Below are positions 8,315 to 17,667 of a DNA stretch of 64,000 nucleotides, piece by piece (the first letter of the stretch is position 1; each line of letters opens with the position of its first letter). The notes under the pieces are model-generated. The model had not been told where the DNA came from, made no database searches, and saw nothing but the letters and a program-made list of their open reading frames with translations. This stretch comes from Verrucomicrobiota bacterium (lineage in GTDB: Bacteria > Verrucomicrobiota > Verrucomicrobiia > CAIQCK01). Location of the stretch: positions 419,300 through 483,299 of the forward strand of contig JACRQF010000014.1 of assembly GCA_016222825.1 (NCBI GenBank). The letters run 5' to 3'. The position numbers and the translations under genes are program-made.

Positions 8315-10225
8315 ATGGAAATGAAACGGACAATCGTCACCGTCCTTTTGGCCGCGCTCTCGCTGTCCTCGGGTTTCAACGCCTGTGCTGCCGGCACGCC
8401 GCTGCTCACGCTGCCGGACGCCAAACGCCCGGAATGGCTGCGGCGCGATGGGATTGTGATGGCGGGGAGCTGGGAGCCGCTGTTGTTCCGTGTGCGGCGA
8501 GACGGCGCACCGGACTACACGCCGACAGCGGAACAGCGCGCAGCCTACGAGCGCGAGCACAGCCCGGCGATGGTGGCGAAGCTGAAATCACTCGGCGTGA
8601 ACTTCGTGATGATGCATTGTTTCAAGGGAGGCGGCTTTGAGGCGGAACGAGAGAGCATGGCCGACGCGGTGAAGTTCGCCAAGCTCTGCCGTGACGCCGG
8701 GATGCGTGTGGGCGTCTATAGCGACAGCAGCACGTTGATGTGGGACCTGTTCTTCAAGGAAGTGCCGCAGGCCAAAGACTGGATCGTGCTCGACCCGGGC
8801 GGCCAACCGATCACGTATGGGAAAGCCGCCTATCGCTACTGGCGCGACCGGAACCATCCCGACGCGCTGGCTTACTTCCGGAAAGTCATGCGCTTCGCCG
8901 TCGAGGAGATCAAAACCGACTTGATTCACCTCGACAACTACATCGTCGGCCCCGGCTACGACGAGAACTCCGCGGCACGCTTCCGCCAATACCTGCGCAA
9001 GACGTTCCCGGCGTCGCTGCTCAAGGAGCACGGCATCGCCGACCCGCGCGCGGTGCGCCCGCCGGCGCCGACGGACACCAGCCTGCTTGCGCGAGCATGG
9101 GCGGACTTCAGCTTCCAGTCCATCGTGGACGCGTATTTCGAGATGGGGCGCTACGCGCGTTCGCTGCGTCCCGATATCCTGATGGAATGCAACCCGTCCG
9201 GGGTCACGCCGACGTTCCGATGGCCGGTGGATCACGGCCGGCTGCTGCGCGGGGGCGAGGCGTTCTGGGACGAGGGCCGCCATCCCGGTTTCGTGAAGGG
9301 CACACTCGCCACGCGCATCCGCACTTTCAAGGCGGCGAGGCTCATGAACAACAGCGCGTTCGTCTATGTCATCAACCCGCTGGAGGCTGCGGAATCCATG
9401 GCCTTCAACTTGGATTGCCTTGGCGCCATCTGTTGGTTTGAATACGGCGAGATCGCCCAGAAGCCGGGCATCCAGAAGCCGATGTCGCCCGCCCTGGCGC
9501 CCTACGTGAAATTTTTTCACGAGCGCCGCGACCTGTTGCGCGACGCACAGGTCGTTGCGGACGTGGCCGTGCTGCGGAGTTTCCCGTCCATCAAGTTCGG
9601 GCCGCCGGAGACGGCAAAACTCACCGGCGAAGTCGAAGACCTGCTCATCGCCAACCGTTGCGCGTTCCAGTTGGTGTTCGATACACAACTGGACGAACTC
9701 TCCCGCTGGCCCGCGCTCGTGATGGCTGGCTGCGTCGCGCTTTCGGATGCGCAGGTGAAAGCGATCCGCCGCTATGTCGCGAGAGGCGGCCGCCTTTGCG
9801 TCGTCGGCCCGCTGGCGACGCACAACGAATGGATGTTGCCGCGCAAGAAACCCGCGCTTGATGACTTGCCACCGGATCGCGTCGTCCGCGTGGGCGAGAA
9901 GGGCGACTGGCTCGATGCCATCCGCCGCGCCTGTGGCGGCCAACTCTCGCTCTCGGTCACGACCGACTCACCCGGCCTCTGCGCCGAACTCACCGAGCAG
10001 CCGAATCGCCGGATGGTGCATCTGGTGAACTACCGCACCGACAACCCGATGAAGGACACCACTGTCCGCGTCGCCCTGCCGAAAGGCCGCGCCGCCAAGT
10101 CCGTCACCCTCGCGAGCCCGGATCGCGCCAACGACATCACCTTGCCGTTCAAGGAAGAAGCTGGCTTCGTGACGTTTGCCGTGCCCGCTGTCGGGGTTTA
10201 TGAAATCGCAGTCGTGACATTCTAA
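8315..10225 (+). CDS. Secreted putative glycoside hydrolase, tandem paralog 2
   Basis: Long identical blocks with 6388-8289 (RPEWLRRDGIVMAGSWEPLLFRVRRDG; DHGRLLRGGEAFWDEGRHPGFVKG); AGGAG RBS. Confidence 0.65.
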   Translation: MEMKRTIVTVLLAALSLSSGFNACAAGTPLLTLPDAKRPEWLRRDGIVMAGSWEPLLFRVRRDGAPDYTPTAEQRAAYEREHSPAMVAKLKSLGVNFVMMHCFKGGGFEAERESMADAVKFAKLCRDAGMRVGVYSDSSTLMWDLFFKEVPQAKDWIVLDPGGQPITYGKAAYRYWRDRNHPDALAYFRKVMRFAVEEIKTDLIHLDNYIVGPGYDENSAARFRQYLRKTFPASLLKEHGIADPRAVRPPAPTDTSLLARAWADFSFQSIVDAYFEMGRYARSLRPDILMECNPSGVTPTFRWPVDHGRLLRGGEAFWDEGRHPGFVKGTLATRIRTFKAARLMNNSAFVYVINPLEAAESMAFNLDCLGAICWFEYGEIAQKPGIQKPMSPALAPYVKFFHERRDLLRDAQVVADVAVLRSFPSIKFGPPETAKLTGEVEDLLIANRCAFQLVFDTQLDELSRWPALVMAGCVALSDAQVKAIRRYVARGGRLCVVGPLATHNEWMLPRKKPALDDLPPDRVVRVGEKGDWLDAIRRACGGQLSLSVTTDSPGLCAELTEQPNRRMVHLVNYRTDNPMKDTTVRVALPKGRAAKSVTLASPDRANDITLPFKEEAGFVTFAVPAVGVYEIAVVTF

Positions 10226-10227
10226 AG

Positions 10228-13200
10228 ATGACCTCCAACAAGCTCGTCTTGTCCCTCGTTTCGAGCGTCCTCTTCGCTTGCACCGCCGTGCCCGCGGCCG
10301 ATGCGAAAGCCGTTGCGAAACTCGGTGTTGTGAAGCCCCTCCGCCAAACCACAGCGCTGATCAGCAATGAGCGCGCGCCGGTGATTATTGCGCCCGCGAG
10401 CGGCGCAGGCCGGATGGCGGCCGAGACTCTTCGCAGCGCACTCGCGAAACGGCTGGGTGTGGAGTCGTCCTTAATAAGCAAACTCGCCGACGCCAAGCCG
10501 GGCCAGCAGACAGCCATCGCACTCGGCAACATGCTCGATAACGAACTGCTCACGCGCCTGTATTGGAGCCGCTACACCTACGAGGACGGGCAGTTTCCCA
10601 GCCCGGACGGTTACACGGTGCATACAGTCTTCGATCCACATCACTGGGGCGGCGGACAAGACGTGATTGTGCTTGGCGCGAGCCGGCCGGAACAACTCGG
10701 CAGAGCGGTCGAGCGTTTCCTCGGTTTGTTGCAGGGTGAAGGGTCGTCCACGGTCCTGCCTCATACTGTAATCGTTGAGCCGGCGAAGAAACTGACGACT
10801 GCCGCGCGCCGCAGCTTGGCAAAGCCGGTGGATCCGTCGTTCACGGCGTTCCGCATCAACGCCGAGCAATACCTCAAGACCGGCGACGAGACCCACGCGC
10901 GGCTGGCCATTGCGGCGCTCGACATCATGGTCGAAACCTACTGCAAGAATCCCAAGCGCCACATGCCCTGGCCGGAGGAGACGTCATCGGGCGAGATTTT
11001 CGCCGCGTGGGACGCGTTCGAGGAATGCCCGCTGATTACGCCGGAGAAACGGCGCGATTATCTGGAGGCGTTCCTCGCCTGGAGCCGCGACCTCACACAC
11101 TGCTCCTACGAGTATCGCGCCATTGACGAGAAGTTCACGGTGACGTGGAACCACACGACGTTCGCGCTGCTGGGGTTGTATTTCGCGGGACGCTACTTCG
11201 ACCGGCACTACGATCTCGCCGAGGCGAAGGAATGGCTGCGCAAATCGCGCCTCGGCTTCGCCGCGCAGGCGCGCTCATGGAAGCCGCAGGAGGACGCCGA
11301 CAGCTACATCGTGCACACGATGGAGCACGTCATCCAGTTCTCGCTGGCGGATTGGGACATGCGCTTCTTCGAGAACGGGGTGATGAAACGCTACGCCGAC
11401 TATGTGGTGGGTTGTGGCGACACGCGGCAGTTGCCGGCGGGTTTCGGCGACAGCGGTTACGGAATGGCGCCCACGATGGCGAAGGTGGCGCTGCCCGTGG
11501 CGTATTGGTGGACGCGCGACGGCGGCTATCGCTGGCTCCTCGAACACATGCACGGCGGCGGCTGGGAAAACGCCTACTGGACTGACACCGAGCCGCGCGC
11601 GCCGGAGCGGTTCGTCGGGCTGAACGTGTTCCCGATGGACCGCCAGATTTACGACGACACGCAGCGGCGGCCGACCTACAACGAGGCGTTCGAGCGGGCC
11701 GACGTGCCGTTCGAGGAGGCGTGGGACAAGATCAGCTTTCGCGAAAACTGGGAGCCGGACGGCCAGTATCTGCTCCTCGACGGCTTGGGCCGCGGCAAAC
11801 ACCTGCACTTCGACACGGGCAGCATCGCGACGTTCGTGCAGGACGGCGAGCGCTGGCTGATAGATCACGATTACCTCGTGCGCAACACGACCGAGCACTC
11901 GATGCTCTCCGTCCTGCGCGACGGCCGCTGCACGAAGCTCGTGCCGAGCCTCGCAGGGCTGGCTGCGAGCGGCGATCTGCCCGGCATGGCCGCCACGCGC
12001 ACGTATGTGAAAAGCTACAACAGCGTGGATTGGGATCGTCGCGTCCTGTGGAGCAAGGGCGCGTGGTTTCTGGTGCAGGACACAATCACCGCGCGCGAGG
12101 ACGGCAACTACGATCTCGACCTGACGTGGAAGACGATTGACCGCGGCGATCAGCAGGTGAACGAGCGCGGGCAATTCGCAGCCCGGCGCTCGGGCGCGAA
12201 AGATAGCAGCGACTTGGCGGTGGTGGACGATTCCCAAGCCTCCAACGGCAAGGCCGTGGTCCTGTCATCACCTGCAGCGCGGTTGATCTTCGGCGCCGAG
12301 TTGCCGCAAGGCGAATATCAAGTGAGCGTCATCGGTTACGGCATGGGCACCAGCAGCGATTCATTGTTCGTGAGCCTGGACGGAGGCACTCCGATGACCG
12401 TTGGCGTGCCAGTTGAACGATATGCGTCTTCGGTTTCCGCGCGCATAATGCGTTGCCGTGTGACTTCCGATGGTCCCCACACGGTGGAGATCAAGCTGCG
12501 CGAAGCACCGCCAGTGCGGATTGACCGGATTGAGTTTCGGCGCGATGGCGCGCCTGCGATAGTGATTGAAGCCGAACAAGCTCCGTCGGCCCGGCCGAAG
12601 TCAGCCTCGAAGCCCGTGGTCAGCGCACTGCACATTGATCCCGCGCTGCCGGTGCGCGCGTGGGTGACCGATCATGTGCGGCAGGGCATCTCCGTGCCGG
12701 TGTCCGTCCTGCACCAGCGTCAGTCGGCCCGGCTGAAAGCCGGCGAGAACGCGACGTTTTGCTCGTTGGTCTATGCGACGGGGCCAAAGCATCCGAGCGA
12801 GTTCAATACCGAGATGTTGCGGCCGACGGCCCACCGCGTGAAAGACGTGGTGGCAGGTTTCGGCCCTGATCAGGCCGGCCGGTGGGAGTGCGACGCGGAT
12901 GCATGGTTGGTCAAAGGCGGGACGATCAGCCTCATCGCGGCGCGCAGCGTCAGTCTTGGAGAAACCAGGCTCGCGTTCGAGCCTGCCGCAAACATGAGTA
13001 TTGATGCGAGCGGCGGGAAGATGACGTTGATCGCTAGCAGGCCCACTTGCGTAACCGCGCGCGGAGGCGCGACAGCGAACGGACAACAGCGGCTGGAACT
13101 GCCGGCTGGCACGCACACGGTGACAGTGAACGGACTGGATGTTGCCGCCATTCGTGACGCGGACAATCCTGTCCGCGCTGACGTGCGGCGAGGGAAGAGC

Positions 13201-14310
13201 GCAGACAAGAGTGTCCGCGTCACTGCGGCGAAGCCGCTGTGGAGCGTTGAACTTGCGAAGAACTCGCCCGTGTTCCGCATCACCCCCGCCGACCTAGACG
13301 GCGACAGCCAGCCGGAGTTGCTCGTCGCTTGCGGCAGCGCCGGCCATGCTGTCAGCGGCAGCGGCAAGCTTCTTTGGTCGCATTCCACGGGTGGCGTCGT
13401 TCGCGATGTCTCGCTGGCCCGGTTCGGCAAGAACGGGCCGCCCACGGCCCTCGTATCGAGCGCCGACACCTATCTTCATCAACTCGACCCCACCGGCCAC
13501 TTGAAGCGCAAGGACCGGATGATCGGCATTTACTTCAATCAGGACCACGGCGACCGGCCGTGGGGACTCTACTGCACGCGTGGCGTGGACCAAGACGGCG
13601 ACGGCGCGGACGACATGCTGGTGACAACGCTCGCGAGCATGGAGGCCCAAGGACTGTCTCCGGACGCGAAGAAGCTCTGGCGCACGCTGTCAGCGTATCA
13701 CGGCTGCATGGAGATGGCCGTCGAGGACTTGGACCGCGACGGCAAGCCCGAGATCGTGATTGCCAACAAGTATGGCGCAGTGTTCGTCTTGCGACCAGAC
13801 GGCAGCCGGTTGATGGCTTCCAACACTTCCATCGGCGACGTGACATTCGGCCTTGGCGACCTCAACGGCGACGGCAAGAAGGAGATCGTTCACGGTTCCT
13901 CCACCGGCGACTTGATCGCAGTGACTCTCGCAAACAAGACCCTCTGGAGATTCGACAACTACGGTTATCCCGTCGAGCGCATCCGTTGCGCGGACCTCAA
14001 CGGCGACGGCCAGCCGGAAGTGCTCATCGCATCCGGCACGGGTTACCTTTACTGCCTCGACGCCGCCGGCAAGCTGATCTGGCAACGGCGTCTCGGCTTG
14101 GCCGTGCATGACTTGGCCTTGACCGACGGCTTCATCATCGCCGGCACGGAGGACGGTGAAGTCCACGCGCTCGATCACGCCGGGAAACCCAAGTGGTCAC
14201 GATACGTCGGCGCTTCCGTGACGAAGCTGGCTGCAATCCAGATGGCTGACCGCCCGGTCGTTGTCGCCGGCTTGGCCGACGGTCGTCTGGTGGCGTTGCC
14301 GATGAAGTGA
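10228..14310 (+). CDS. Secreted multidomain heparinase II/III-like lyase with CBM-like insert and C-terminal FG-GAP/PQQ-type beta-propeller
   Basis: Helical region with WNH motif, PAGFGDS, HLHFDTGSI and TEHSML (heparinase II/III-like); repeated DLDGD/DLNGDG motifs and GKLLW repeats. Confidence 0.65.
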   Translation: MTSNKLVLSLVSSVLFACTAVPAADAKAVAKLGVVKPLRQTTALISNERAPVIIAPASGAGRMAAETLRSALAKRLGVESSLISKLADAKPGQQTAIALGNMLDNELLTRLYWSRYTYEDGQFPSPDGYTVHTVFDPHHWGGGQDVIVLGASRPEQLGRAVERFLGLLQGEGSSTVLPHTVIVEPAKKLTTAARRSLAKPVDPSFTAFRINAEQYLKTGDETHARLAIAALDIMVETYCKNPKRHMPWPEETSSGEIFAAWDAFEECPLITPEKRRDYLEAFLAWSRDLTHCSYEYRAIDEKFTVTWNHTTFALLGLYFAGRYFDRHYDLAEAKEWLRKSRLGFAAQARSWKPQEDADSYIVHTMEHVIQFSLADWDMRFFENGVMKRYADYVVGCGDTRQLPAGFGDSGYGMAPTMAKVALPVAYWWTRDGGYRWLLEHMHGGGWENAYWTDTEPRAPERFVGLNVFPMDRQIYDDTQRRPTYNEAFERADVPFEEAWDKISFRENWEPDGQYLLLDGLGRGKHLHFDTGSIATFVQDGERWLIDHDYLVRNTTEHSMLSVLRDGRCTKLVPSLAGLAASGDLPGMAATRTYVKSYNSVDWDRRVLWSKGAWFLVQDTITAREDGNYDLDLTWKTIDRGDQQVNERGQFAARRSGAKDSSDLAVVDDSQASNGKAVVLSSPAARLIFGAELPQGEYQVSVIGYGMGTSSDSLFVSLDGGTPMTVGVPVERYASSVSARIMRCRVTSDGPHTVEIKLREAPPVRIDRIEFRRDGAPAIVIEAEQAPSARPKSASKPVVSALHIDPALPVRAWVTDHVRQGISVPVSVLHQRQSARLKAGENATFCSLVYATGPKHPSEFNTEMLRPTAHRVKDVVAGFGPDQAGRWECDADAWLVKGGTISLIAARSVSLGETRLAFEPAANMSIDASGGKMTLIASRPTCVTARGGATANGQQRLELPAGTHTVTVNGLDVAAIRDADNPVRADVRRGKSADKSVRVTAAKPLWSVELAKNSPVFRITPADLDGDSQPELLVACGSAGHAVSGSGKLLWSHSTGGVVRDVSLARFGKNGPPTALVSSADTYLHQLDPTGHLKRKDRMIGIYFNQDHGDRPWGLYCTRGVDQDGDGADDMLVTTLASMEAQGLSPDAKKLWRTLSAYHGCMEMAVEDLDRDGKPEIVIANKYGAVFVLRPDGSRLMASNTSIGDVTFGLGDLNGDGKKEIVHGSSTGDLIAVTLANKTLWRFDNYGYPVERIRCADLNGDGQPEVLIASGTGYLYCLDAAGKLIWQRRLGLAVHDLALTDGFIIAGTEDGEVHALDHAGKPKWSRYVGASVTKLAAIQMADRPVVVAGLADGRLVALPMK

Positions 14311-14331
14311 TCTGCGCGTCCAAGCTCAGGC

Positions 14332-14359
14332 TTGCTTGTTTGTCGGAACGGTGTAGAAC
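14332..14359 (+). promoter_or_regulatory. Candidate promoter TTGCTT-N16-TAGAAC
   Basis: Second copy of the recurring motif, upstream of the DUF1080 gene. Confidence 0.55.
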
Positions 14360-14387
14360 TCTGACAACACAAAGGAACACTCGAACC

Positions 14388-15077
14388 ATGAACAAACATT
14401 CCACCCTCATCCTCGCTACCGCACTCTGCCTTGCTTCGACCATCGCTTTAGCCTCGGAAAAAGGCTTCGTGCCGATCTTCAACGGCAAGAACCTCGACGG
14501 CTGGCAGGGCATCGGCGGCGACACCAGCAGCTATTACGTCGAGGACGGCCAGCTTATCTGCAAGGAAACCGGCAAAGTCCACATCTTCACGACGAAGGAG
14601 TTCGCTAATTTTATCCTGCGGCTGGAGATCAAGATGGACCCGGGCGGCAATAACGGCGTTGGCATCCGCACCAAGGTCAGCAAACAGCCGCACATCGAGG
14701 GCACGGAGGTGCAGGTGCTCGACGATCCCTTTTACGTCCGCGGCATCCCACGCGAAGGCAAAGACCCGAAGGAATGGCCGAAGCTGAAGGACTACCAGCA
14801 CCACGGCTCGCTCTACGGCGTCGTCCCGGCCAAGCCCGGCCATCTCAAGCCCGCCGGCCAGTGGAACCAGGAGGAGATCGTCTGCGACGGCCGCCGCGTG
14901 AAGGTTACGCTCAACGGCACGGTGATCGTGGACGCCGATCTCGACAAGGTGAAGCCGATTGACGGTCACGAGCATCCCGGCATGTTCTACACGAAAGGCT
15001 TCATTGGCCTCCACGCCCACGGCGGCTACGGCGCGAAGGTTTATTTCCGAAACCTGCGCGTCAAGGAACTGAAGTAG
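14388..15077 (+). CDS. DUF1080 / 3-keto-disaccharide hydrolase domain protein, secreted
   Basis: FNGKNLDGW, NNGVGIR, EVQVLD, GSLYG, GQWN, VTLNG, FRNLRVKEL. Confidence 0.92.
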   Translation: MNKHSTLILATALCLASTIALASEKGFVPIFNGKNLDGWQGIGGDTSSYYVEDGQLICKETGKVHIFTTKEFANFILRLEIKMDPGGNNGVGIRTKVSKQPHIEGTEVQVLDDPFYVRGIPREGKDPKEWPKLKDYQHHGSLYGVVPAKPGHLKPAGQWNQEEIVCDGRRVKVTLNGTVIVDADLDKVKPIDGHEHPGMFYTKGFIGLHAHGGYGAKVYFRNLRVKELK

Positions 15078-15089
15078 CAGCCGCGCCCG

Positions 15090-16091
15090 TTGAACTGGAA
15101 CCTCTGCCGCGTTGCCGTCGTTGCCCTTGTGGCCGTGTCCGCGCTTGGCATTGAGCGCGTCCAACAGCGGCCTGAGTGGCAGCGGGGCCGCGCCGCCCTC
15201 GACAAACGCTTCGTTCGCGACGAGTTCCGCATCCACTACACGCTGGCGGGCAAGGACGCGCTGACGGTCGAAGATCAGCGCGACACGGATGGCGACGGTG
15301 TCCCGGACAAGATTCAGAACCTCGCGCTCCAACTTGTGACGGCGCGGCGGTGCTACGTCGAGGTGCTTGAGCTGCGGCATCCTTTCGACAGTCCGCGCTA
15401 CAAGGGCCGCGTGAAGTTCGTGGACGTGAATGTCTGGGCGTTGCCCAACAGCAACGGCATGGCCGGCGACGCCATCGTGAACTACCATCGCGACAATGAT
15501 CCGCCCGAAGGCGTCGAGGTGCTGACAATAGACCTTTCCTCCAAGCTGACGGCCCGCAACCTCAGTCCCGCCCACGAACTCTTCCATGTCTTCCAAAACG
15601 GCTACACGCTGTTCAAGACGCCGTGGTATTACGAGGGCGTCGCGCGGTGGTCGGAGGACCTGCTGCGCGCGGGCGCAGGCGAGGCAGGCGAGTTGCCTGC
15701 GAGCGTAGCCGACTTGGAAAAACTGTTCAGGCTCAGCTACGGCGCGAGCCGGTTCTGGCAGGCACTGGCCCGCGCCACCGACACAACGGGTAAGGTTCGC
15801 ATGCCCGAGAACCTGCGCGGCGTCCAGTATATCGGCTCGGACAAGCCGATCATTGAAGACGATGTGTTTTACGGCGCCCGGTTTCTCAAAGCGTTGTTCG
15901 AAGAGCTTGATCGCCAGGACGACGTGGCTTCGCGCGAGGGCAAGCTGAATCCCCTGGACTGGCCGGAGGCGCGGCAGAGAGCTGCGGAGAACAACCGTTA
16001 CATCTGGAACGCCGTCGTTGCCGCGTGTCGGCGGTTCCCATCCGACTCGCCGCAGATGCGGAAGATGCTGGAGTTGGCTGTCAGTCGTTGA
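15090..16091 (+). CDS. Putative secreted zinc metallopeptidase (HExxH...E gluzincin-like)
   Basis: AHELFHVFQ followed by WYYEGVARW; DTDGDGVPD Ca-binding-like loop. TTG start uncertain. Confidence 0.6.
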   Translation: MNWNLCRVAVVALVAVSALGIERVQQRPEWQRGRAALDKRFVRDEFRIHYTLAGKDALTVEDQRDTDGDGVPDKIQNLALQLVTARRCYVEVLELRHPFDSPRYKGRVKFVDVNVWALPNSNGMAGDAIVNYHRDNDPPEGVEVLTIDLSSKLTARNLSPAHELFHVFQNGYTLFKTPWYYEGVARWSEDLLRAGAGEAGELPASVADLEKLFRLSYGASRFWQALARATDTTGKVRMPENLRGVQYIGSDKPIIEDDVFYGARFLKALFEELDRQDDVASREGKLNPLDWPEARQRAAENNRYIWNAVVAACRRFPSDSPQMRKMLELAVSR

Positions 16092-16162
16092 CCGAGAATG
16101 GCTGTTGTGAGACGGCCGCCCCGTGTGCTTTAATCCGGCTGCGGTCGCAAGACAGGAGAATC

Positions 16163-17662
16163 ATGATTCACCTTTGCCGCAGCTTCTTCCTCATCGCCAC
16201 ATGGTTTACATTTGCCGTCGCCGCGATGGCAGCAACGGCTTCGAGCCCCAACATCCTCTTCATCTACACCGACGACCAGAGCTACCGCACGCTCGGCTGT
16301 TATCGCGACCAAGGCGCTTGGCCGTGGGTGCGGACGCCGAACATTGACCGCCTCGCGAGCGACGGCGTGCGGTTCACCAGCGCCTACGGCGCGTCGTGGT
16401 GCACGCCGAGCCGCGCGTGTGTGATGACGGGCTTGTTGCCGCATGGCATTCGCGGGTTGACACTCACGGGCATCATCAAAGGCAGCTATGACCCGCAAGT
16501 CTGCCGCCACTGGCCCACCGAGTTACGCAAGGCGGGCTACCACACCGCGATGATCGGCAAATGGCACCTCAGCCACGACGCCGGCCACGGACGCAACTGG
16601 GACCATTCCGTCGTCTGGGACCAAGCCGACATCAAAGGCGACTGGTATAACAACCAGACGCTCAGCGTGGACGGCGCGCCGAAGGCTATCGTGCCCGGCT
16701 ACTCGACCGACGTTTACACGCGATTCGCCGAGGACTACGTGCGCCGCAAGCACGACCAGCCGTGGATGCTCTGGCTCTGCTACAACGCGTCGCATCTGCC
16801 CAACACAGTCCACCCGCGTCACAAGGAGCAATACAAGGACGCCGACGTGCCCGTGCCGCCGGACGTGTTCCCGCCGCGTCCCGGCAAGCCCGCGCATATG
16901 CAGACGTGGACGCAGTGGACCAAGCGCGAGGACGGGATGCCGGTCTATGGCAAAGCCAAGAACCCACAGCCGTTGCCGGAACTGGTTCGCGGCTACAACC
17001 GGCTCGTCTCCGCGCTCGACGAAGGCGTCGGCAAGCTGCTGAAGGCGCTCGAAGAGACCGGCCAACTCGACAACACGCTCATCGTCTATACTTCCGACCA
17101 AGGGTTCGCGTGGGGCGAGCACGGCTTCGCGTGGAAGGTCGGCGCCTACGACGCCTGCATCAAAGCGCCGATGATCTTCCGCCTGCCCGGACGAGTCGCG
17201 CGCGGCGGCGTCTGCAAACAACCCGTCACGGTTGTGGACCTCGCGCCGACGTTGCTCGGCGTCGCGGGCGTCAAGCTGCCGTGGACGATGCACGGTCGCG
17301 ACCTGCGTCCGCTGTTGAAGAATCCGAACGCCGCGTGGAACCGGCCGGCAATGATGGAGCACTTCTACCTGAAGTTCGGCGAGCAGACCGACTGCGCCGT
17401 CCCGGCGAAGGGCGACCAAGGCCCGTTGCCGTGGTGGATTTCGCTGCGACATGGAAAATACAAATACATCCGCACACTCCTGCCCGACGAGATTGAGGAA
17501 CTCTACGACCTCGAAGCCGACCCGCAGGAGATGACGAACCTCGCCCTCGCGCCGGAGAACCGGAAGCTGCTCGCAGACTTCCGTGCGAAATTTGTGGCTG
17601 AGTTAAAGCGAACCAACGCCGGCTTGTTGAAGAATCTCCCGCCGCCTCGGAGCGCAAACTGA
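16163..17662 (+). CDS. Sulfatase (S1, Cys-type), secreted
   Basis: PNILFIYTDDQ, TPNIDRLA, CTPSR, GKWHL, TSDQG, ELYDLEADPQE; AGGAG RBS. Confidence 0.95.
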   Translation: MIHLCRSFFLIATWFTFAVAAMAATASSPNILFIYTDDQSYRTLGCYRDQGAWPWVRTPNIDRLASDGVRFTSAYGASWCTPSRACVMTGLLPHGIRGLTLTGIIKGSYDPQVCRHWPTELRKAGYHTAMIGKWHLSHDAGHGRNWDHSVVWDQADIKGDWYNNQTLSVDGAPKAIVPGYSTDVYTRFAEDYVRRKHDQPWMLWLCYNASHLPNTVHPRHKEQYKDADVPVPPDVFPPRPGKPAHMQTWTQWTKREDGMPVYGKAKNPQPLPELVRGYNRLVSALDEGVGKLLKALEETGQLDNTLIVYTSDQGFAWGEHGFAWKVGAYDACIKAPMIFRLPGRVARGGVCKQPVTVVDLAPTLLGVAGVKLPWTMHGRDLRPLLKNPNAAWNRPAMMEHFYLKFGEQTDCAVPAKGDQGPLPWWISLRHGKYKYIRTLLPDEIEELYDLEADPQEMTNLALAPENRKLLADFRAKFVAELKRTNAGLLKNLPPPRSAN

Positions 17663-17667
17663 ATCCG

